Assembly (NCBI RefSeq): GCF_963921235.1
Contig: NC_086108.1
Coordinates: 17,670,001 to 17,734,000, forward strand
Direction of reading: 5' to 3'
Origin: Mobula hypostoma
Taxonomy: Eukaryota
Length of the DNA stretch: 64,000 bases
This document shows, piece by piece, positions 1 to 13,214 of this stretch. Positions within the stretch are counted from its first letter, which is position 1, and every line of letters starts with the position of its first letter. A program made the position numbers and the translations under genes. The notes under the pieces are model-generated. The model was not told the DNA's origin. It saw only the letters and a program-made list of their open reading frames with translations, and did no database searches.

Positions 1-3000
1 ATCCTTTCCGCATCAACTCTGTCCAGGCCTTTCAACATTCAAAAGGTTTGAATGAGATCCCTCCTCGTCCTTCTGAATTACAGACCCAGAGCCATCTAAT
101 GTTCCTTGTATGATAACCCTTTCATTCCTGGAATCATCCTTGTGAACCTCCTCTGGACCCTATCCAATGCCAGTACATCTTTTCTAAGATGAGGGTCCCA
201 AAACTGTTCATAATACTCAAGGTGAGGCCTCTCCAGAACCTTATAAAGCCTCAGCATCACATCCTTGCTCTTGTATTCTTGACCTCTTGAAATGAATACT
301 AACATGGCATTTGCCTTCCTCACTACCAACTTAACCTGCAAGTTAACCTTCAGGGTGTTCTGCACAAGGACTCCCAAGTCCCTCTGCATCTCAGATTCCT
401 GGATTTTCTCCCCATTTAGAAAATAGTCTGCAACATTTATTTCTGCTACCAAAGTGCATGACCATGCATTTTCCAACATTGTATTTAATTTGCCACTTTC
501 TTGCCCATTCTCCTAATTTGTCCAAGTCCTTCTGCATCCTACCTGTTTCCTTAACACTACCTGCCCCTCCACCAATCTACATATCATTTAAAAACTTGGT
601 AACAAAGCCATCTATTCCATCATCTAAATCATTTATATACAGCATAAAAAGAAGTGGTCCCAACACCGAACCCTGCGGATCACCACTCGTCACTGGCAGC
701 CAACCAGAAAAGAATCCTATTATTCCCAATCGGTGACTCCTACCATCAGCCAATGCTCTAACCATGATATTAACTTTCCTGTAATACCATAGGTTCTTAA
801 CTTGGTAAGCAGCCTCATGTGTGGCACCTTGTCAAAGGCCTTCTGAAAGTCCAAATATACAACATTCACTGCATCCCCTTTATCTATCCTACTTACTGCT
901 AGTGTCTTCCACAGTGAAGACTGACGCAATATTAGATTAGATTAGATTATGAGGACACGCAGTCCTCTTTTATTGTTATTTAGTAATGCATGCATTAAGA
1001 AATGATACAATTTGTTCCTCCAGAATGATATCACAGAAACACAAGACAAACCAAGACTAAAAAAAAACTGACAAAAACCACATAATTATAACATATAGTT
1101 ACAACAGTGCAAAGCAATACTGTAATTTGATGAAGAACAGACCATGGGCACAGTAAAAAATATACTCATTTAGTTCATCAGCCATCTCCTTGTCCCCCAT
1201 TATTATTTGTCCTGCTTCGTTTTCTAGCAGTCCTATATCCACTCTCATCTCTCTTTTATTTTTAACATACCTGAAAAAACTTTTGCTATCCACTTTGATA
1301 TTATTTACTAGCTTGCTTTCATATTTCATCTTTTTCCTTCTAATGATTTTTTTGGTTACTCTCTGTAGGTTTTTAAAAACTTCCAAATCCTCTATCTTCC
1401 CACTAATTTTTGCTTTGTTGTATGCCCTTTCTTTTGCTTTTACGATAGCTTTGACTTCCCTTGTCAGCCATGGTTGTACTATTTTACCATTTGAGTATTT
1501 CTTCAATTTTGGAATTCACATGTCCTGTACTTTCCTCATTCTTCCCTGAAACACACACCATTGCTGCTCTGCTGACGGCCCTGCCAGCAACTCCTTCCAA
1601 TTTACTTTGGCCAACTCCTCTCTCATACCACTATAATTCCCCTGACTCCACTGAAATATTGCTATATCAGACTTTACTTTCTCCCCATCAAATTTCAAGT
1701 TGAACTCAATCATATTGTGACCACTGATTCCTGAGGGTTCTTTTACCTTGAACTCCCTAATCGTCTCCAGTTCATTACATAACACCCAGTCCAGTATAGC
1801 TGATCCCTGAGTAGGCTCAACAACAAACTGCTCTAAAAAGCAGTCTTTTAGGTATTCAACAAACTCACTCTCTTGATGTCCATTACCAACCTGATTTTCC
1901 CAATCAACCTGCATGTTAAAATCTCCCATGACTACCATTGCCCTTTTGACTCGCTTTTTCTATTTCCTGTTTTAACCTGTGGTCCACCTCACAGCCTCTG
2001 TTGGGAGGCCTATATATAACTGCCATCAACGTTCTTTTACCCTTACAGTTTCTTAACTTAACCCACAAGGATTCAACATCTTCCAATCCTATGTCACATC
2101 TTTCTACTGATTTGATGCCATTCTTTACCAGTAGAGCCACACCATCCCCTCTGCCTACCTTCCCATCCCTCCAATATAACATGTGACTTTGGACATTCAG
2201 CTCCCAACTACAACCATCCTTCAGCCACGATTCAGTGATGGCCACAACATCATACAAGGCAATCTGTAATATTGCAACAAGATCATCCACCTCATTTCTT
2301 ATACTCTGCACATTTAGATACAACACCTTGAGTACCGTATTTGCTATTCTTTCTGACTCTGCATCCCTCTGCATCCCCAACTCAGCCTGTTGGTTGCAAC
2401 TAAGTCCCATCACCTGCCTGCCCTTCCTGACGATCTGACTGCATGCTATCTTTACTTTTTTACCATCTGTCTTTTCCTGAGTCCCTTCACTCCAGTTCCC
2501 AATCCCCAGCCAAGTTAGTTTAAACCTTCCCCAACAGCTCTAACAGACCTGCCCTTGAGAATAATGGTCCCCCTCAGGTTCAGGTGCAACCTGTCACTTT
2601 TGAACAGGTCACATATTCCCCAGAAGAGATCCCAATTATCCAAGAACCTGCACCAGCTTCTTAGCCACGCATTTATCTGCCAAATCGTCCTGTTTTTACC
2701 TTCACTGGCATGTGGCACAGGCAGCAATTCAGAAGTTACTACCTGGATAATCCTGCTTCTCTGCTTTCTACATAGCTCTCTAAATTCTCTTTTCAGGACC
2801 TCATTGCTTTTCCTACCTATGGCATTGGCTCCAATATGTGTCAAAACATCTGGCTGCTCCCCCTCCCTCTCCAAAATGTTGTGGATGTGATCCTGGCACC
2901 TGGGAGGCAACATACCATCTGGGTGTCCCGTTCAAGTCCACAGAATCTCCTGTCTGTTCCCCTCATTATTGAGTCCCCTATCACTACCACTCCCTTCATC

Positions 3001-3353
3001 TCTCTCTTTCCCTTCTGCACCATGGACCCATCCTCAGGGCCTGTAACCTGGTCGCCGTGGCTTTCTCCTGGGAGGTCATCCCCCACACAAGTATACTGCT
3101 TTGGATGCTTTTTTTTGAGGGGAATGGCCACAGCGGTGTTTGGCTCTAACTGCCTATTTCCATTTCTCCTGACAGTCACACAGCTACTTGCCTCCTGCAA
3201 CTTCGGGATGACTACTTCCCAGTAACTTTGATCAATTATATCCTCGCTCTGTCGTATAAACCGAAGGTCATCCAGTTGCTGCTCCAAATTCCTAACATGG
3301 TCTTCAAGGAGCTGCTGCTGGATGCACTTCACATAGATGTAGTTTCCCTCCAC
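1..3353 (-). mobile_element. CR1 LINE, degenerate, running off the window start; ORF1 about 2515-3353, ORF2 endonuclease about 1165-2413, RT about 1-900, with an internal deletion near 900
   Basis: ORF1: leucine zipper (QLLEDHVRNLEQQLDDL) and SGNH esterase (VVVIGDSIMRG, CLPGAR). APE endonuclease motifs (VVAITESWL, MGDFNM, LDWVL). RT motifs ([27 protein letters not shown]). Many frameshifts. Confidence 0.93.
931..1160 (-). mobile_element. Short LINE 3' end (Rex1/Babar-like) inserted into the CR1
   Basis: (ATTAG)3 tail followed by tttattg, the same architecture as at 33447. It interrupts the CR1 string gaagactgacgcaa...tactcattt. Confidence 0.6.
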
Positions 3354-3674
3354 TTATCACTGGTTTGAGGAATCCAGAGGCTAAGAATCGTCTGTTACTG
3401 TGCTGTTAAATTCTGAGTGATTCTGTGTAAAATTGGACAATAGCCGGGCCAACAAGTATAATGTAAAACAGCTGTTGGGCATCAGATGTCAATATTTTTA
3501 AGAAATGCTGTTCAGTAATTAAATGTTCCTATTAAGCCATTTCACACACTATGCTCCATTCATTGGTGCCAGATGGACTAACTGGTCAGAATGCTCCAAG
3601 TGACGCTAAAAACAATGTCTTTGCAGAGTCCTGGCTGGGAAGGAAAAGTTCACTGAAGTCACATTGTCATGGAA

Positions 3675-4098
3675 ATGGAGAGAAGCCATGTCTGGTCTAT
3701 CATTTATTTGGTTCTTGGCTGATCCATCCTGTGCCCACATTCCTTACCTGACTAAAACACCACAGCATCAGCTGTGAAATCCCAGACTGTACTTCCAGTC
3801 TTGTCAGTGTGTGACATTCTTCCACTCTTCACATTACTGGACAGATGAGGTTTATCCAACTGTAACACCAAACTTGAAAAGCTTCCAGGCCATGGAGAGA
3901 AGTCATGTCTGGTCTATCATTTATTTGGTTCTTGGCTGATCCCCACATTCCTTACCTGACTAAAACACTACAGCATCAGCTGTGAAATCCCAGACTGTAC
4001 TTTCAGTCTTGTCAGTGTCGGACATCTTCCACTCTTCACATTACTGGACAGATGAGGTTTATCCAACTGTAGCACCAAACTTGAAAAGCTTCCAGGCC
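3675..4098. repeat. Two-copy tandem duplication (3675-3891 and 3892-4098) of unique sequence
   Basis: atggagagaag...gcttccaggcc occurs twice with a few substitutions and small indels. Confidence 0.95.
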
Positions 4099-4311
4099 CA
4101 AAGCACAGGGGTGGTGGAGAATTACTGCCAATTTTTTTACTTCCACTGTGTTTTTAAGCCTGTTAGTTAGAGAAGGCACATACCTGAAGGAGTTGGTGAT
4201 GAGGAAGGGTAAGGATGAATCAATATACTTCTCAAAAAAACCTCATTAAGCACCTGGCTGCTCTCGGGAAAAGAGGAAATGTGTACATTTCTCATTAGAA
4301 AATAAATTAGC

Positions 4312-5660
4312 AAAGGTGCAGCCATGGACACCCGCATGGGGCCCAGCTATGCCTGCACATTTGATGGCTATGCAGAGCAGCCCATGTTCCAAGCCTTCAC
4401 TGGTTACGCTCCCCAACTCTTTCTACGTGACATTGATGACTGCATTGGTGCTGCTGCCTGCACCCATACTGAGCTTGTCAATTTCATCAACTTTGCCTCC
4501 AACTTCCACCCTGCCCTTAAAAATTCACTTAGTCTATTTCTGACACATTTCTCCCTTTTCTCGATCTCTTGTGGGACAAATTATCTACCATTAACTTTTA
4601 TAACAGTTATCTTTACTACACTTCTTCCCACCCTGTCATGCCCTTTTCTCAGTTCCTTTATCTTCACCACTCCTGTTCCCAGGATAGGGCTTTCCTTTCC
4701 AGAAATCAGAGATGTCCTCCATCAAGCAGCAGTGATCATGGATGCTGCCCTCACCTGTATCTCCTCCATTTCCTGGAAAGGAATTCTCGACCCATTCTCC
4801 CGCCACCTTAACAGGGATAGAGTCCTTCTTGTCTTTACCTCCACATTAAGCACACCATTCTGTATAACTTCCGTCATCTTCAACAGGATCCTACCACTAA
4901 CCACGTCTTTACCTCTCCACTGTTCTCTGCTTTCTGCAGGGATCCCCATCTTCGTGATTTCCTTGTTCATTTGACCCTCCCCACTAATCGCCCTCCTGCA
5001 AGTGGAAGAAGTGCTATACCTGTCCATTCACCTCCTTCCTCCCTCACTTACTTTCAGGGCCCCAAACTTTTTAAGCTCCCTCATTCCATCCACAGTAAGC
5101 AGATTTCCCAGTGGACAATCATTTTATTTCCAATCCCTATTCCCATTCTGATACATCAGTCTATGGCTTCCCCTACTGCCCCAATGAGGCCACTCTCAGG
5201 TTGGAATAGCAACAAGTCATATTCCATCCAGGTAGCCTCCAACTTGATGGGCATGAACATCAATTCTTCCAACTCCTGGTAATTTTTCCCCATCCTCCTT
5301 CCATTCCCTACTCTGGCTCCCTTCCTACCTCTTTTCTTCTCCTCACCTGCCTATGCCTCCACCTGGTGCTCAGGTGCTCCTCCGTCCTATTCTCCCATAG
5401 TCCACTCTCCTCTCCTATCAGACTGCTTCTTCTTCAACCCCCTACCTTTTCCACCCTCTCACTTCATTACCCCCCTCCCCCACTCACCTGGCTTCAACTA
5501 TTACCTTCCAGCTTGTCCTCCTTTCCCTCTCCCCACCTTCTTATTCTGGCTTCTTCCCCCTTCCTTTCCAGTCCTGATGAAGGGTCTTCAACTGTTTATT
5601 CCTTTCCATGGATGCTGCCTGACCTGCTGTTCCTCCAGCATTTTGTATGTGTTATTGTAG
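4312..5660 (+). mobile_element. Penelope-like element remnant (RT, degenerate GIY-YIG region, pyrimidine-rich 3' region)
   Basis: MGPSYAC.F and LFLRDIDDCIG match Penelope-type RT motifs. GMNINSS C-terminus. Tail cagtcctgatgaaggg...gatgctgcctgacctgctg is shared with other copies. Confidence 0.85.
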
Positions 5661-6039
5661 ATAAAGGATTTTTGTGTTGTTCATTAACAGAGATTTCAAA
5701 CTGGAGGGGATGGGTGGAGGGGTGCAGTGTAGGATTTATGAAAAGGCTTAAAAAGCAGGAAAATAATCCACTTGTTGAGAAGAGTGGGCGTGATGTTACA
5801 ACCAGTGGGAGAGACATCCACTGACAGAAACCCAGGCCACTGTCTAAACAGTCGTGTCACCAAATCCTCTAATCCTTCACTAAGTATCCCTGGTTGCTTG
5901 CCACATTGAAAATCCAGATGCCCACAATGAGAACTCCACCTGCCTTGTAAATCAAGGCTTATTGTTGGAAGCCTTTTCGATGGAATGAGGTGCAAAGGGG
6001 GTGGGTTATAATCTCTGGTTCTAGTCAAAATCAAGGAAA

Positions 6040-6410
6040 ATAAACACGCACTCATGTATACACCACTAGACACATGTACAGATGTACCCACAAATACAAG
6101 CACACCTTTGTTCACTTGCATACGCATACACACTCACAAACTGAAATGCACTAAGATACACACATAGGCACGCAATCACTCTCACGCAGACCAACACACA
6201 TACAGACGGATTCACACAGACGCAGATAGGCACTCACTCACCAACATATGCACAGTGGATACGTGCTCACACAGTGGACATGTACCACAGACATGCCCTC
6301 ACTCCCACACAGACACAAATTCACTAACAGATTTTCACAGAGACACCAGCTTACACGTGCACCTACACCAGACACATTTTCAGACAAGTACTCTCACACA
6401 AATGCTCATT
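6040..6410. repeat. Degenerate CA-rich low-complexity tract
   Basis: Dispersed cacac/acaca runs. Confidence 0.8.
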
Positions 6411-6599
6411 AGGGCATTATTGTAGCCCCCAACACCATGTCACAGGGCAGGTAGGAATTCCAATTGTTGCCTGTATCTCTGGTACCTGGGTGAGAGGTTC
6501 AGGTCTCTAGGCAGTAGATAGGTTAAGGGATTGGCTGCTTCCAACCGAGATTAGGACAGTCACCAAGTTCATACAGAACAGAGATCAATAGATCTCTGA

Positions 6600-7430
6600 A
6601 CATTGTTGCTAGTACAGCCTGTTCAGGAGTGAAACATCAAACCTTTTTTAAGAAGCCCTCAATTTGTCTCAGCGGTATCTCCTGCATGCTCCATCTGCGA
6701 CTGGGTTTAAGGAGATCCATGCGTGAAGGCAAGGGATGACCCAGAATCAGCATGCCTGGTGAGTTGTTGGTTGTGAAGTGTGCTACATTGTGATATGCAA
6801 GGAGGAAATTGGCAAGCTTTTGACTCAGTATCAGTGTAGTGCATTTTGCTGACATTGCTCGCAGTGCAATCTCTAAACTCTGGACAAACCTTTTTGCCCA
6901 GTCATTTGTAGTTGTATGATACAGTGCAGATGAAATTCGTCTTATTCCATTCATGTTCAGGATTGACTGAAACTATTCCACAATAAACTGCGGTCCACTG
7001 ACACCGACTAAGTGTTCTGGAATGCCAGTCCTTGAGAAGAGGCTTCTCAACGCAGCAACGGTGTGACAGACTGTAGTGGAGACTATTGCAAACACTTCAG
7101 GCCACCTTATAGCTGCATCCACTACTGCCAAGAAATTTGTGCCCATGAGTGGTCTGGGAAAATGCACGTGAATCCTCTGCCAGTGCAAGGCAGGGCAATG
7201 CTCTGCCCAAGGATAGAGAGGCACTGCTTTTGGCATCTTCTGGATGTGTTGGCTTTCCAAAAAGTGCATGGCAAGCTGCTTGATCCGTTGATCTATCCAA
7301 GGCAAGCAGACAAAACATCAAGCCATTCATTTGACCATGCTTTCATTTTCACCATGCCTAGATGACCGACACATGTAGTTCCTCCAATACTTCAACTCTC
7401 AGCTTGGTTTCTCACTCCCCATATAAGGCA
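6600..7430 (-). mobile_element. Ty3/Gypsy integrase remnant
   Basis: WQRIHVHF..PLMG..FL.VVDA...WPEV, G.PEHLV..SGPQF and NGIR...SA.YH..TN..A.RFVQ are degenerate rve core motifs. Confidence 0.85.
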
Positions 7431-7439
7431 CAGGATATG

Positions 7440-7900
7440 GGGACAATGCAGATAAAAGACTGACCATGACCTCAATGAATGGAGGAGTAGGCTCAGTCAA
7501 CTGACTGTTTGCTTTCATTGGTTGGGTGTTGAATATTAAAGTTGGGAAGTCATGTTGCAACTCTATTAAGCTTTGGTTAGGCCAGATTTGGAGTAGTGTG
7601 TGCAGATCATGTCACTGCATTACAGGAAGGTTTTGTACGCTTTGGAATGGGTGCACAAGAGATTCGCCAGCCTGTTACCTAGATTAGAGGATATAAGTTC
7701 TAAGGGGAGTTTAGGTTGTTTTTTTTTCCCTGGAGTGTCGGATGCTGAGGGCGACCTGATAGAATTTTATAAAATTATGAGAGGCATAAATGATAATAGG
7801 GTACTCAGGATTAAAATAACAAAATACTGGTGGGCATGGATTTAAGATGAGGTGGAGTGCAGTGAAGGGAGGAGGCTGGAGTTTAAAAAAATTTGCGAGG
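7440..7900 (+). mobile_element. Degenerate CR1 3' fragment
   Basis: LVRPDLE, HYRK..LEWVHKRF and GDLIEFYKIMRG. Confidence 0.8.
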
Positions 7901-8287
7901 GAAGGTTTTATTGGTCTTGCTCATTGGTCATGCACATTAGCCCTGTATGACCTTGTACATACATAGCTGTAGAGGATAACAGTGGCTTGGGGTACTTTCT
8001 GTGTTGGACTGAAAAGGAAGGCAGCGGCTGGAGGTGACGTACTCCTAACAGGGGTTGGTGACCCTTGTGCTCCAGGCTGAATAGTTTGTTCAGCCCTTCC
8101 CACCGGTCCACTCATTCTTGGGAAAGCAAGATCCACCTTAAACAGAAATGCTCATTGCGTTGAGCATTTAATAACTTTTGTGTTATGCTGTCTACAGGAT
8201 TACCAGCCACAGCAATTTACTATATCCTTAATTAAAGGCCTAAATATTAATCTTTTATTTTCATCAGATGTGGCTGTTTTGTCTGGG

Positions 8288-8289
<2 letters not shown>

Positions 8290-8320
<31 letters not shown>

Positions 8321-8334
8321 TGTGTGTGTGTGTG
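8290..8334. repeat. (TG)n microsatellite
   Basis: Direct reading. Confidence 0.98.
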
Positions 8335-8384
8335 AGAGCGTGCACGCATTTTCAAGAGTTTAAAGTCAACTTTATTGTCAGATC

Positions 8385-9696
8385 CACAAGAACTGGTCAG
8401 ACCCCACTTGGAATACTGTGCTCAGTTCTGGTTGCTTCACTACAGGAAGGACGTGGAAACAATAGAAAGGGTGCAGAGGAGATTTACAAGGGTGTAAGGA
8501 CAAATCAAGGTAGGATGTACACTGTAAATGGTAGGGCATTGAGGAGTGCGAAGGAACAAAAAGATCTGGGAACTCAGATACATAATTCCTTGAAAGTGGT
8601 GTCACAGGTAAACAGGGTTGTAAAGAAGGCTTTTGGCATCCTGGCATTCATAAATCAAAGTACTGAGTATAGGAGTTGGGATGCTATAGGATGGTTGTAT
8701 AAGACATTGGTGAGGCCAAATTTGGAGTATTGTGTAAAGTTCTGGTCACCTAACTATAGGAAGGATATCAGTAAGATTGAAAGAGTGCAGAGAAGATTTA
8801 CTAGGATGTTGCCGGGTCTTCACGAGTTGAGTTACAGGGAAAGATTGAACAGGTTAGGACTTTATTCCTTTCAGCGTAGAAGAATGAGGGGAGATTTGCA
8901 AAAATTATGAGGAGTATAGACAGAGTAAATGTGAATAGGCTCTTTCCACTTAGATTAGGAGAGATAAATACGAGAGGACATGGCTTTAGGGTGAAAGGGG
9001 AAAGGCTTAGGGGGAACATTAGGGGGAACTTCTTCACTCAGAAAGTGGTGAGAGTGTGGAACGAGTTGCCATCTGATGTGGTAATTGCGGGCTCACTCTT
9101 AAGTTTTAAGAATCAGTTGGATAGGTACATGGATGGGAGAGGTCTGGAGGGTCATGGACTAGATGCAGGTCAATGGGACTAGTGGAATAATATTTCGGCA
9201 CAGACTAGAAGGGCCGAATGGCATGTTTTCTGTGCTGTAGTGTTCTATGGTTCCATAATGTTGCCTGGATTGGGGAGCATGCCTTATGAAGTCAGCCTTT
9301 TCTCCTTGGAGCAACGGAGGATGAGAGGTGACCTGATAGAGGTGTACAAGATAATGAGAGGCATTGATTTTGTGGATAGTCAGAGGCTTTTTCCCAGTTC
9401 TGAAATGGCCAGCACAAGAGGGCATAGTTTTAAGGTGCTTGGAAGTAGGTACAGAGGAGATGTCCGGGTAAGTTTTTTTTTAACGCAAAGAGTGGTCAGT
9501 GCGTGGAATAGGCTGCTGGCAGCCGTGGTAGAGGCGGAAATGATAGGGTCTTTTAAGAGACTCCTGGATGGATACATGGAGCTCAGAAAAATAGAGAGCT
9601 ATAGGTATGCCTAGGTAGTTCTAAGGTAAGGACATGTTTGGTACAGCTTTGTGGGCCGAAGGACCTGTATTGTGCTGTAGGTTTTCTATGTTTCTA
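8385..9696 (+). mobile_element. CR1 3' fragment with a second CR1 3' fragment nested at about 8492-9256
   Basis: The host breaks at ...gatttacaagg and resumes at atgttgcctgga (9258). Both end in ttctatg-type tails and encode RT C-terminal motifs. Confidence 0.9.
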
Positions 9697-10179
9697 ACAT
9701 GTGTGCAGAGATACAAAGGAAAACTAACTTACAGCAGTGTCACGGGCACATGACATCAAAGCAGCAGTCAGAAGAAATACATGGATTAAACAATTCATGC
9801 ACAAAGTAAGAAAGAACACAAGTAGAATAACAAAGCTCATTTTAGAAGATAGAACACAGTATAGACCCTTCACCAGAAAGTGTGGTACCAACCTTTTAAC
9901 CTACTCTCACCACTCTCTGTAAAAAAAAACTTACCTCTGACATCCCCCCTTTACTTTTCTCCAATCAGCTTAAAATTATGCCCCCTAGTATTAACTATTT
10001 CTGCCCTGGGAAAAAAGTTTCTGGTTGTCCACTCGATCTTATAATTTTGTACACCTCTATCAAGCCTCCCCTCACTGCTCCCAAGAGTAAAGCCCAAGCT
10101 CTTCAACTAAGACATATTCTCAAATCAAGGCAGTATCGCAGTAAATCTCCTCTATATTCGCTCTAAACCTTCCACAACC

Positions 10180-11349
10180 TTTATTGACTACAGCTCTGCA
10201 TTCAATTCTACCATCCCCTCAAAACTAATCAATAAGCTCCAACACCTTGGTCTCAATACCTCCCTGTGCACTGAATTCTCGATTTCCTCACTTGCATACC
10301 CCAGTCAGTTTAGATTGGCAACAACATCTCCTCCACAATCACCATCAGTACAGATGCACCACATTGGCATGTGCTTAGACCCTGCTCTACTTGCTTTAAG
10401 GTTAAGGTTAAGTTCCTCTCCAAAGCCATATTTACGTTTACTGATGATATCACTGTTGTTAGCTGAATGAAAGATGGTGATGAATCAGAATAGAGGAGGG
10501 AGATTGAAAATCAGGGTGAGTGATGCCACAATAATAACTCAATTTCAGCTGATTATTGATTATAGGAGAAGGAAACCAGAGGTTCATGAGCCAGACCTCA
10601 TCAGGGGATCAGAGGTGCAAAGGATCAGCAACTTTAAATTCCTTGGTGTTATCACTTCAGAGGATCTGTCCTGGGTCCAGCACACAACCATGATTACAAA
10701 GAAGACACAGAAGCAGTTATATTTTCTTAGAAGTTTACAAAGATTCGGCATGTCATCTAAAACTTTGACAACTTTTTGACAAAAAGAATTGTGTATACGG
10801 CCCAGTCCATCACAGCCACTGAGCACATCTAAAAGAAGCACTGTTGCAGGAAAGCAGCATCCATCACCAAGGACACCTCACTCCCCTCCCCACCATCCAG
10901 GCCTTGCTCTCTTCCCACTGCTGTCATCAGGGCAGTGGTACAGAAGACTGAGGCTCTATACCACCAGGTTCAGGAACAGCTATCTCCTCTCAAATATCAG
11001 GCTGTTGAACCAGAGTGGATAACTTCACTTCCACAACACTGAACTGATTCTACAACCTATGGACTCACATTCAGGGACTCTACAACTCCTGTTTGTAATG
11101 TCTATTACTTAGTTATTTATTATTATTTTGTTCTTTGTTGGGATTTGCACAATTTGTTGTCCAATCCAGAGACTTTTTTCCACAATTTGTTGTCCAATGT
11201 GCAAATATTTGCACATTGGTTGTCCCTTTGTTTGCAGTTTTTGCTTGTTTGTACTTACTGCAAATGCCCGCAAGAAAATTAATCTCAGGGTAGTATATAG
11301 TGATGTATATGTACAGTACTTTGATAGTGAATTTACTTTGAACTTTGAT
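10180..11349 (+). mobile_element. Rex1/Babar-type LINE, 5'-truncated and degenerate
   Basis: [21 protein letters not shown] and LYFLRSL motifs; actttgaactttga tail. Confidence 0.85.
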
Positions 11350-11489
11350 CTCTCTGCCTTCTATGGGCAAGTGAATTCTAAATCCCCAACAGCTAAGTTT
11401 CCATGGATCCCATTTTTCTGAATTGGAATACAAATTATTCCACAAAATTTAGCTGGAATGAAGATAATTAAATGCCTACTCAAATCAAG

Positions 11490-12260
11490 CACCTAACTAA
11501 AATCCATATACACCACATCTACTGCTCTACCTTCATCAATGTGCTTTGTCACATCTTCAAAGAATTCAATCAGGCTCATGAGGCATAAGTCACAAAGCTA
11601 TGCTATCCCTATCAGGCCTTGATTCTCCAAATGCTTGCAAATCCTGTCTCAAAGAATCTTCCCCAATACTTTCCCCGCAACTGAAGTAATGTAATTCCCA
11701 AGGCTATCCCTACTCTTTTCTAGAAAAAGGAATAAATTTGCCACCCTGACTACTCAGGTAATACTCCTGTGGCTGGGGGTTGGGGTGTAAAGATCATTGC
11801 CAAAACGAAAAGAATCTCTTCCTTGCTTCATGTAGTAACTTGGGATATATCTCATCTGGCCCAGGGATCTATCTATCCTAACGTTTTCCACAAATTCCAA
11901 CATACATCTGTTTAATGTCAACACGTTCTAGCATAGCAGCCCTTTTTACACTGTCCTCACAAATGTCAAGGTCCCTCTTGCAGGTGAATACTGAAGCAAA
12001 GTATTCATCAAGGACCTCCCCTACCTCCTCAGACTACAGGTATGTGTTTCCTCTTCTATCCCTGATTGGTCCTACCCTCACTCTAGTGATCTTCCTGTGC
12101 TTCACATATGTGTAGAATGCCTTGGAGTTGTTTTCTTTAATCCTACTCGCCAATGACTTTTCATGTCCTCTTCTGGCCCTCTTCACCCTACTCTTCAGCT
12201 TTTTTCTGGCTATACTCTAGAGCCCTGTCTGATTCTTGCTTCCTAAACTTTAAGTAATCT
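11490..12260 (-). mobile_element. Degenerate CR1 ORF2 fragment
   Basis: Collinear with better-preserved minus-strand copies, e.g. gtgaatactgaagcaaagtattcat. Confidence 0.8.
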
Positions 12261-12530
12261 ACTTTCTTTCAGATCCAAAGTGATCAAAGTAGTCATACTG
12301 TTGCTGAATTGTAGTGATTATGATTTTGCTGGTAGGTTCAAGAACTAAATTGTTGTTTTTGAACCTGGTCGTGTGCAACTTCAGCCCAATGGTATTTGAG
12401 AAAAGATGGCATAGCCCAGATGGTGAGGATTTCTGAGGATTGATATTGCCTTCTTGAGGTAACACTGCCTGTAGAGACTACAGTGGTGGGGAGTGATGTG
12501 CCCAAAATGTATTGGGCAAAGTCCATGCAC
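12260..12530 (-). mobile_element. Rex1/Babar-type 3' fragment
   Basis: AQYILGTSLPT and TTRFKN motifs. Confidence 0.65.
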
Positions 12531-13214
12531 CATTTCAGTGCACTGTGTGCATGTGCAAATCATGACGATTCTGCATGCAAATGTATGCAAGGAATGGTGT
12601 GTGCGTGTGTGTGTGTTGAGGTGTATGCGAGAATGTGTCATCTGTATGGGTGGAGGGATGCTCATACTTGTAAGTGTGAGTGTGAGCATGAGCGTGAACG
12701 TCAGTGTAGGAGACAGAGCAGTTTTATCCTGTGAAACACCCAACAGTACTCCCCACCTCCAACCTTACAGCCAACAGGAACACTTTCCATCTTTCCCAAC
12801 ACAACAACCACTTCAACCTCGGACACAAAATGTACATGTGAGAAACAAACAGCATCAGAAGCTGACAGCTCTGAGACAGTAACCAGCTGCAGACCTCTTG
12901 GAATGCCATGCCTTACATATGAGATTTCAGTAATCCGTGCTGAGGGAACGTGACCCTGGAGACAGCAAACCGGTTTATCTCCAGCTCCCAAGTAATCTTC
13001 CAGTAAGACTCTACAAGCTATCTGTTCTGTGCAAGCAGATGCTCCAGCCTAATTACTGTCTCAAAGGTCTAACAGCCCCCCGGTCAATGCTGCAAACCAG
13101 CTGCAGTTGAGCAGAGAACTGAAGCAGGGTGGTTGGACAGCTACCAGCAGTGTACAATGAACCCTCGGTCATTAACACCATGACTCTGCCAGAAGCTGGC
13201 CTGCAGTACAAAAT

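Noticed and set aside
931..950. Telomere-like (ATTAG)n, also at 33447
   Set aside because: These are LINE 3' tails, not TTAGGG arrays.
7963..8136. In-frame TGA read as selenocysteine or readthrough
   Set aside because: Other exons contain TAA and TAG stops and no SECIS was seen; decay is the simpler explanation.
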